DNA of 64,000 bases from Candidatus Latescibacterota bacterium (GTDB lineage: Bacteria > Latescibacterota > UBA2968 > GCA-2709665), in contig OZ220733.1 in the NCBI GenBank assembly GCA_965116875.1, positions 2,560,001 through 2,624,000 on the forward strand, in the 5' to 3' direction. The notes under the pieces are model-generated. The model made no database searches and was not told the origin of the DNA. It was given only the letters and a program-made list of their open reading frames with translations. This document shows, in pieces, positions 57,305 through 64,000 of the stretch (positions are counted from its first letter, which is position 1; every line of letters begins with the position of its first letter). Position numbers and translations under genes: made by a program.

Positions 57305-59083
57305 ATGGACCGCGAATCCATGAGCCACGAAGAGAATTACTGCTTCGACGTCGGAGGATACCTCATTGTCAGAGGCGTCCTTGGCAGGGGCGAGGTGGCC
57401 GCCCTGAATTCGGCGATCGATACGCACGGTAGGACAGAGGGCATGCTGGGATGGCCGCAACCCCTGCGCGAACCCTTCCGCGACCTGCTGGTCCATCCGC
57501 AACTCGTCTGGTACCTGAACCAGATTGTCGGCCAGGGCTTCCGCCTGGAAACAGAACCGGAGTTGCTTCACGAGGAGACATGCGAGACGGACGCGCCCCT
57601 TGAAGGCGGGAACGAACCGCGCGACCCCACCCGCGCCTATTCCTATCAGAACGGTCGCCGTTTCAGCGAAACGGTCCGCGCGGTATGGGCCCTGGCGGAC
57701 GCGAAGGCCGGTGCGGGCGGTTTTGTTATCGTGCCTTGCTCTCACAAATCCAACGTGGAGACCCCGGACGACGTACTCACCGGCCAGGACGATATGGGGC
57801 TCACGGTGCAGCCGGCGCTCAGGGCGGGCGACCTGCTTCTCGTCGCCGGCGCCCTGCTGCAGGGCATGCGGCCGTGGAAGGGAAGCGGCCCCCAGCGCCT
57901 GCTCTCGTACGAGTACGCGGGCCGGGGGGTCATCCGGTCCAGGGGAAGCGGGCACAGGACAGAGGAAGAACCCAGGCCCGAGTGGATGTCAGCCATTTCG
58001 GCCGAACAGAGGGCCGCCCTCTGGCGACCCGGCTACGAGAGCACGTCGCCGCCGCCCACCATCCGCACGGACGGTGAGACGACGCGCCTGGACGAGTCCC
58101 GGGAAGTTTACCATCCGTCCATCTTAATCAAAAATCCCGACTCCGGCATCGACGAAAAGGAATTCTATTTCTGGGACCTCTGCGGCCACCTCGTCTTGCG
58201 GAACGTGATGGATGACGCATGGCTGGAAGCCGCCAACGCCGCCATCGACCGCTTTGAGGACCGGATCGAAGTGGGCGATGAACTCGCCCGTGGATCGAAA
58301 GCGCTCGCCGGGACCGGCCGTCCGCTGCTGCCCGGCCTGTTTCGGCTTCCGGAGCCCTACTGCAACCCCTTCCGGCGCATGATCGCCCACTCGGTTGTGG
58401 AGCACCGCCTCAACTGGATGGGGGCCAGCGGCGTCCGGCTGGGCGATGCCACGGCCTTCTGTTCCGTCAAGGGCGGTTCCGGCCACTCGCTGCACGATGC
58501 GAACGAACCGCTAAATCCCGGCCGCGGCTACGTCTACCAGAACGGCCGCAGCTATTGCGAGGCCGTGACGGTGAGCTGGCAGTTGCGGGACGTGCCCGCG
58601 GGCATGGGCGGGTTCGCCTGTGTGCCGGGCAGCCATAAGGCCCAGTACCGCGTTCCCCCGGGCGTGCGTTCCTGCGATGACCACATGGGCCTGGTCGTTC
58701 AGCCGGAAATGAAGGCCGGCGACGTGCTCTTCTTTATGGACGGCGGTCAGACCCACGGCGCGCTGGCGTGGAAGAACGAGATCGCCCGCCGTGCGGTCCT
58801 GATCAAATACTCCTCCCGCAACTTCAACCGCAGTGGGGGCGAGATGGTGCATCCGGAGAACCGATGGGGTGGGCTTGTCGACGATATGACCGACGCCCAA
58901 CTGGCCGTGATGCGCGGGCCGGACCGGGACGTCTTCAATCAGAACGTCCCGAGGCTGGAAGTCAGCGACGGGCAGGTTTCGGTGTCGTACGAGCGGGGCG
59001 GCGCCCTATACAGCAAGGAAGCCCCAGCCGGGCCGCTCACCTCGAAGGACAGCAGCACAACCGAACATCGTAAAGGGAACTGA
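57305..59083 (+). CDS. Tandem two-domain PhyH-family protein
   Basis: SD AAGGAGG; two repeats (YCFDVGGYL...PCSHK and YFWDLCGHL...PGSHK). Confidence 0.88.
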   Translation: MDRESMSHEENYCFDVGGYLIVRGVLGRGEVAALNSAIDTHGRTEGMLGWPQPLREPFRDLLVHPQLVWYLNQIVGQGFRLETEPELLHEETCETDAPLEGGNEPRDPTRAYSYQNGRRFSETVRAVWALADAKAGAGGFVIVPCSHKSNVETPDDVLTGQDDMGLTVQPALRAGDLLLVAGALLQGMRPWKGSGPQRLLSYEYAGRGVIRSRGSGHRTEEEPRPEWMSAISAEQRAALWRPGYESTSPPPTIRTDGETTRLDESREVYHPSILIKNPDSGIDEKEFYFWDLCGHLVLRNVMDDAWLEAANAAIDRFEDRIEVGDELARGSKALAGTGRPLLPGLFRLPEPYCNPFRRMIAHSVVEHRLNWMGASGVRLGDATAFCSVKGGSGHSLHDANEPLNPGRGYVYQNGRSYCEAVTVSWQLRDVPAGMGGFACVPGSHKAQYRVPPGVRSCDDHMGLVVQPEMKAGDVLFFMDGGQTHGALAWKNEIARRAVLIKYSSRNFNRSGGEMVHPENRWGGLVDDMTDAQLAVMRGPDRDVFNQNVPRLEVSDGQVSVSYERGGALYSKEAPAGPLTSKDSSTTEHRKGN

Positions 59084-59760
59084 TGTCAACCGGTCTCACC
59101 ACCATATTCTTCGATGGGTACGAGACGCTGTTCGCTGGCGCCATGGATAAACTGCACGCCATGTGCGGCCGCATCGTCCGTGAGCAGGAACTGGACATGT
59201 CAGGGATGGATTTCTTCAACACGTGGGACCTGGCGTTTTTTCCGCTCCTCCGGGGCGAGACGTTTTACACCATGCGCCAGGCGCATCTCATCAGCCTCGA
59301 ACGGACGCTTGAGAAACTGGACAGACGCGTTTCCTTCGAACATTACGTCGACGGCCTGTTCGATGTTTTCGCCGACGCGCCTGTCTATGAAGACGTCAAA
59401 CCCGCGCTGGCCGGGATCGAGTCCTGTCGGACAGGCGTGATATCCAATGCGGACGAGGACCATCTGAACATCGCCCTCAGGAAAAACAAGCTGTCCTTTC
59501 CGGTGGTCGTCAGTTCGGAATCCGCCCGCGCCTACAAACCGGCGCCGGAGATCTTCCGTGAAGCCCTGCGCCTGATCGGCAGCCGTCCGGATGAGACCCT
59601 CTACGTTGGAGATTCCCAGGACGACGACATCGTCGGCTCGCGGCGGGCCGGCATCAGGATCGCCTGGCTGAACCGCACGGGCGAGACGCTCAAGCCGAAC
59701 GTCCCGAAACCGGACTTCGAAATATCCAGCCTCCAGGAGGTTGTCAAACTCGCGTCGTAG
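59083..59760 (+). CDS. HAD-superfamily hydrolase
   Basis: FDGYETL, ISNAD, YKP, YVGDSQDDD; TGATG overlap with upstream gene. Confidence 0.88.
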   Translation: MSTGLTTIFFDGYETLFAGAMDKLHAMCGRIVREQELDMSGMDFFNTWDLAFFPLLRGETFYTMRQAHLISLERTLEKLDRRVSFEHYVDGLFDVFADAPVYEDVKPALAGIESCRTGVISNADEDHLNIALRKNKLSFPVVVSSESARAYKPAPEIFREALRLIGSRPDETLYVGDSQDDDIVGSRRAGIRIAWLNRTGETLKPNVPKPDFEISSLQEVVKLAS

Positions 59761-59821
59761 GTCAGGTCATCCCCAATTGGGTTCCGGATGGTTCGCGTAC
59801 CGGACCGGCCGTCGACCAGAC

Positions 59822-59868
59822 AAAAAACAGCCTGCAATACGCTTCCTCGGAAGACGCATTGCAGGCTG
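59822..59868 (-). terminator. Intrinsic terminator for the peroxiredoxin gene
   Basis: CAGCCTGCAAT...ATTGCAGGCTG stem followed by T6 on the minus strand. Confidence 0.75.
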
Positions 59869-59893
59869 ACAGGCTTCAAAGCCCGGAGACGGG

Positions 59894-60529
59894 CTATTTG
59901 TTTGGCTGCGGTGTGTACCTCAGGTAGGGCTTGATGGTTGTAAACCCCCTGGGAAATTTCTCGGTTGCCTCTTCGTCGGTCACCGCGGGAACGATGATGC
60001 AGTCCTCGCCGTCCTCCCAGTTGACAGGCGTTGCCACCTGGTGGTAGGCCGTGAGCTGAAGTGAGTCGATCACCCGCAGGATCTCGGCGAAATTTCGCCC
60101 GGTGGAAGCCGGATAGGTCAATGTCAGCTTGACCTTCTTGTCCGGCCCGATCACGAAAACGGACCTGACCGTGGCCTTGTCGTCCTCGTTCGGATGGATC
60201 ATGTCGTACATGCTGGCCACCGATTTGTCCGGGTCTGCAATCAGCGGAAAGTTCATCGTGGTGTTCTGGGTCTCGTTGATGTCGCTGACCCAGCCGTGAT
60301 GTGAGTCCAGTGGGTCCACGCTCACCCCGATTACCTTTACGTTCCGCTTTTCAAACTCCCCCTTCAGCTTGGCGACCAGGCCCAGTTCGGTGGTACAGAC
60401 CGGCGTAAAATCGGCGGGATGCGAGAACAGGATGCCCCAGCCGTCTCCCAGCCATTCGTGGAATCGGACCGTGCCTTCGGTTGTCTCGGCCGTAAAATCA
60501 GGCGCGTCGTCCCCCAGCCGCAGTGGCAT
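59894..60529 (-). CDS. 1-Cys peroxiredoxin (Prx6 type)
   Basis: FSHPADFTPVCTTE; GRNFAEILR; ATPVNW. Confidence 0.95.
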   Translation of the reverse strand: MPLRLGDDAPDFTAETTEGTVRFHEWLGDGWGILFSHPADFTPVCTTELGLVAKLKGEFEKRNVKVIGVSVDPLDSHHGWVSDINETQNTTMNFPLIADPDKSVASMYDMIHPNEDDKATVRSVFVIGPDKKVKLTLTYPASTGRNFAEILRVIDSLQLTAYHQVATPVNWEDGEDCIIVPAVTDEEATEKFPRGFTTIKPYLRYTPQPNK

Positions 60530-60703
60530 GGCAAACCTCCTTATTCTTGTGATACGTCGGGATGTTTCGGTTCGCCTGGAGTATTCCGGTTACCGAAACC
60601 CTTCCAACGCGTTTTCAGATGCCGCAACCTGCATCGAATAGGACCATAAGGAAAGGAACTGGAATATCGATGTCAAGGGATTTATTCGAAATGAGGCGCA
60701 TCA

Positions 60704-63208
60704 GTGACTTCCGATAAACGGACGACTTCCATGCCGGAAACAGCAGGTGAGGCGACCCTGCAGGACCGCGCCCGACTGGTTGTCATCGGCGCCGGCATCG
60801 TTGGCTGCAGCACGGTGTACCATCTCACCCGGATGGGCTGGAAGGACATTACGGTCCTGGACCAGGGGCCGCTGTTCGATACCGGCGGTTCCACGTCCCA
60901 CGCGCCGGGGCTGGTTTTTCAGACCAACTTTTCAAAGATGATGACCGGCCTGTCGGAAAAAACGGTTTCGCTGTACAACTCGCTGGACCTGGACGGCGAT
61001 CCCTGTTTTTATCCTGTCGGAAGCTTCGAAGTCGCGTACACGCCCGAGCGTCTGGAAGACCTGAAGCGCAAACGGGGCGCGGCCAGGGCCTGGAAGCTGG
61101 AAGCCCACCTCATTTCGCCCGAAGAGGCCAAAGCCAGGCTCCCCCTCCTGGATGCCGGTCGAATTCATGGCGCATACTACGTCCCATCGGACGGTATCGC
61201 CAAAGCCGTACGCGCCTGCGAAGCGATGGCGCGCGCCTCGGCGCCCGGCGCGGCGTTTCACGGCAGAACCACGGTTACCGGAATCGAGGTGGCCAACGGC
61301 AGGGTCAGGGGGGTCAATACCAGCCGGGGCCGAATCGCCGCGGACCAGGTGTTGATCTGCGCCGGGATATGGGGGCCGCGCATCGGCCGCATGGCGGGCG
61401 TCTCCATTCCGCTTACGCCCGTACAGCATCAGTACGCGCTCACCGCGCCGCTTCCCGAACTGGCGGGAGAGACCCGGGAGGTGGTCCATCCCATCCTGCG
61501 ACACCAGGACTTCGCCATGTATTTCCGGCAGCAGGGCGACCGGTATGGTATCGGCTCTTACAGACACGAGCCGCTTCTGGTGCGTCCGGACGACCTGGTC
61601 AGCCCGGATGAAGCACTGCGATCGCCCTCCATCATGGAATTCACGCCGGAACACTTCACGGCGGCGCGCGAAGCAGCGGACGAGCTTCTTCCCGCACTGA
61701 AACACACCGGCCTCGAGGACAGGATCAACGGTCTTTTCTCCTTCACGCCGGACGGGCTGCCCCTTCTCGGAGAATCCGTCGACGTTCGCGGGTTTTGGGT
61801 TGCGGAGGCCGTGTGGATCACGCACGGCGGCGGTGTCGGGCAGGCGGTGGCGGAATGGATGGACTCCGGCGCGCCCGAAATCGATCTGGGTGACGCCGAT
61901 CTCAACCGCTTCGGCCCGCACGTCCATACCCGGGAGTACATCGATACCCGGGGGGCGCAGCAGTACCGCGAAGTGTACGATATCATCCACCCGCTGGAAC
62001 AGATGGACCATCCGCGGGATCTGCGCGTCAGCCCGTTTCATCCGCGCCTGGCGGAACTCGACGCGGTGTTCTTCGAAGCCGCCGGATGGGAGCGCCCGCA
62101 ATGGTTTAAAGCCAACGGCGTCCTGCCGGACGAAGAAAGAGATTTGCCATCGCGCAACGGATGGGAGGGGCGGTTCTGGTCTCCCATCCAGGGCGTGGAA
62201 CACCGGGCCACCCGGCGCGGCGCGGGGTTGTGCGACATCACTCCGTTCACGAAGATCGAGATTGCCGGCGCCGGCGCGCTGGATTTCCTGCAACGCATCG
62301 CCGCAAACCGGATCGACCGCCCGGTCGGATCGGTGATCTATACGGCGCTGCTCAATTCACGTGGAGGCATCGCCGCGGACCTGACCGTCACCCGCGTGGC
62401 CGCCGACCGGTTCCTGGTGCTCACCGGCGCCGCTTCCGGGATGCGGGACCTGGCATGGATTTCCCGCCACGCCCGGGACGCAGTCGACGTACATATCGCA
62501 GACGTGACCTCCAGTCATTGCGGCCTGGGCCTTTGGGGGCCCGAAGCTCGAAGGATCTTGCGGCGGGTCTGCAGCGACGATCTGACCAACCGTGCATTTC
62601 CGTACTTTTCCGCGCGGGAGATCCGCATCGGCGCCGTCCCCGTCCTCGCGCTGCGGCTGTCCTACGTGGGAGAACTGGGGTGGGAACTCTATGCGCCGGC
62701 TGAATTTGGGCTTTGCCTGTGGGACGCGCTCTGGGAAGCCGGCGGCGATTGCGGACTCGTCGCGCTCGGCGGCGGGGCGTTCGACTCGCTACGGCTGGAA
62801 AAGGGATACCGCCTGTGGGGCGCGGATATCCACACGGAGTACAACCCCTACGAGGCCGGCCTCGGATGGGCCGTCAGGCTCGATAAGGGCGACTTCACGG
62901 GTCGGGACGCCCTGCTGAGAATCCGGAAAGAGGGAATCAGCCGGAAGCTCTGCTGCCTGACCCTGGATGATCCGGAAGCGGTTGTGATGGGCAAGGAACC
63001 CATTCTGGACGGCAGCCGCGTTCTCGGGTACGTCACCAGCGCCAATCACGGATACTCCATCGGTCAGTTCATCGCCTATGGCTACCTGCCGCTGGAATTC
63101 GCGAAGCCGGGCGCATCCGTCGAGATCGAATATTTCGGCCATCGCTATGCGGCCACAGTCTCGCGCGAACCGCTCTACGATCCCCGGGGGGAAAGAATGA
63201 AATCCTGA
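60704..63208 (+). CDS. GcvT-family FAD-dependent oxidoreductase (dimethylglycine oxidase/sarcosine dehydrogenase-like)
   Basis: IGAGIVG; GGSTSHAPG; FTPDG; WERP; SYVGELGWE; SLRLEKGYR. Confidence 0.92.
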   Translation: MTSDKRTTSMPETAGEATLQDRARLVVIGAGIVGCSTVYHLTRMGWKDITVLDQGPLFDTGGSTSHAPGLVFQTNFSKMMTGLSEKTVSLYNSLDLDGDPCFYPVGSFEVAYTPERLEDLKRKRGAARAWKLEAHLISPEEAKARLPLLDAGRIHGAYYVPSDGIAKAVRACEAMARASAPGAAFHGRTTVTGIEVANGRVRGVNTSRGRIAADQVLICAGIWGPRIGRMAGVSIPLTPVQHQYALTAPLPELAGETREVVHPILRHQDFAMYFRQQGDRYGIGSYRHEPLLVRPDDLVSPDEALRSPSIMEFTPEHFTAAREAADELLPALKHTGLEDRINGLFSFTPDGLPLLGESVDVRGFWVAEAVWITHGGGVGQAVAEWMDSGAPEIDLGDADLNRFGPHVHTREYIDTRGAQQYREVYDIIHPLEQMDHPRDLRVSPFHPRLAELDAVFFEAAGWERPQWFKANGVLPDEERDLPSRNGWEGRFWSPIQGVEHRATRRGAGLCDITPFTKIEIAGAGALDFLQRIAANRIDRPVGSVIYTALLNSRGGIAADLTVTRVAADRFLVLTGAASGMRDLAWISRHARDAVDVHIADVTSSHCGLGLWGPEARRILRRVCSDDLTNRAFPYFSAREIRIGAVPVLALRLSYVGELGWELYAPAEFGLCLWDALWEAGGDCGLVALGGGAFDSLRLEKGYRLWGADIHTEYNPYEAGLGWAVRLDKGDFTGRDALLRIRKEGISRKLCCLTLDDPEAVVMGKEPILDGSRVLGYVTSANHGYSIGQFIAYGYLPLEFAKPGASVEIEYFGHRYAATVSREPLYDPRGERMKS

Positions 63209-63235
63209 CGGGTAAAACGGGCGTCACATAAATCA

Positions 63236-63421
63236 GGGCACCCACAAGGGGCGCCCCTACAACGTCGTGGTCGTTCGTGGGCGATTGCATTTGAGAGGCA
63301 CAAAAGAAATCGGGGAACACGCCTAATGGAATTTTGTACGTTGAATTGAGGACATATGTTGCGATGTCTGACCACCTGGGTGAAATTGTTTCAGGTGTAG
63401 GGGCGTCCCTCGTGGGCGCCC
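63236..63421. repeat. Inverted pair of GTAG-type REP elements
   Basis: 63236-63260 reverse complement GTAGGGGCGCCCCTTGTGGGTGCCC; 63397-63421 GTAGGGGCGTCCCTCGTGGGCGCCC. Confidence 0.8.
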
Positions 63422-63448
63422 CGCCTGTCTTTTGCCTCGCTTGGGGGC

Positions 63449-63483
63449 TTGACATTGCATAAAAAAGTAATTACTATAATTAC
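63449..63483 (+). promoter_or_regulatory. Sigma70 promoter with overlapping palindromic operator of the toxin-antitoxin operon
   Basis: TTGACA-N17-TACTAT; GTAATTACTATAATTAC inverted repeat over the -10 box. Confidence 0.78.
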
Positions 63484-63525
63484 ATAACCTCCTTCACGAT
63501 TTTCATCCAACAAGAGGTCGGCAAT

Positions 63526-63768
63526 ATGGAAATCCGGGATGTCAAACTTATCGCTATTGGCAACTCCAGGGGTATTCGGCTACCGAAAGCTGTGCTGCAG
63601 AAATACGGATGGGGAGACTCGCTCGTAATGGAAGAGACCGAACGAGGAATTCTGCTTTATGGGAAAGAACGTAACAAGCTGTCCTGGAAGGAAACGTACC
63701 GCGAGATGGCCGCTGAGAATGAAGACTGGAGCGACCTCGATGCGACGATCGCCGATGGTCTGGACTGA
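63526..63768 (+). CDS. mazE: AbrB/MazE-family antitoxin
   Basis: IGNSRGIRLPK; TGATG overlap with toxin. Confidence 0.9.
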   Translation: MEIRDVKLIAIGNSRGIRLPKAVLQKYGWGDSLVMEETERGILLYGKERNKLSWKETYREMAAENEDWSDLDATIADGLD

Positions 63769-64000
63769 TGTCCACGTTTCCCCGCCGATACACGATATAT
63801 CTGGCCGACCTCAATCCCACCGTAGGTGGAGAGATCCGAAAGGTTCGCCCGGTTGTTGTCATCAGTCAGGATGAGATGAACAGGTTTCTGGATACGGTCG
63901 TCGTCTGTCCTCTTACCTCGTCGCTCCATCCTCATTGGCGGGCTCGAATGCAGGTCGAATGCGCAGGCCGAGAGGCTGAGATTGCTGTGGATCAGATTCG
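63768..64000 (+). CDS. mazF: PemK/MazF-family toxin (runs off the window end)
   Basis: Own translation: MSTFPRRYTIYLADLNPTVGGEIRKVRPVVVISQDEMN...VVVCPLTS...AVDQIR. Confidence 0.9.
   Translation, partial: MSTFPRRYTIYLADLNPTVGGEIRKVRPVVVISQDEMNRFLDTVVVCPLTSSLHPHWRARMQVECAGREAEIAVDQI

Noticed and set aside
1-64000. IS element, prophage, rRNA or tRNA genes
   Set aside because: No transposase, integrase, phage structural gene or structural RNA signature was recognised.

Overview
GC-rich bacterial window. The protein repertoire (dockerin-like double EF-hand tags, a FlgD-Ig/T9SS-like C-terminal domain, many eukaryote-like repeats, PhyH and sulfatase genes) suggests a marine or host-associated member of the Latescibacterota/Gemmatimonadota/FCB group; this is inference only. 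About 46 kb (5.8-51.4 kb) is an island of secreted modular proteins, all on the + strand. Twelve carry the same dockerin-like module (consensus PDFDGDGxVGFxDFxxFAxxFG...YD/FDLxGDGxI/VxFxDFxxFAxxFG), and seven of these have a cohesin-like beta-sandwich directly in front of it. Their cargoes are zinc peptidases (two leishmanolysin/M8-like, one M60, two metzincins), three LRR classes, WD40, YWTD, cadherin, FN3, CARDB, GLUG and DUF3472. Only one small gene (33196-34005) has an intact T9SS-like sorting domain, and it consists of a cohesin-like domain plus that signal. The leading hypothesis is a cellulosome-like, non-carbohydrate cohesin-dockerin surface assembly with a secretion/anchor adaptor. 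The island shows active module shuffling (orphan C-terminal cassettes, duplication scars, gene remnants) and includes two paralogous single-polypeptide GAF-PAS-kinase-receiver-wHTH regulators beside helically phased promoter repeats. Flanks: hisG and an AAA+/DUF4143 gene on the left; lipoproteins, a TPP enzyme, sulfatase, PhyH dioxygenases, HAD hydrolase, peroxiredoxin, GcvT-family oxidase, REP-like repeats and a MazEF pair on the right. All domain calls are by eye, without database searches.
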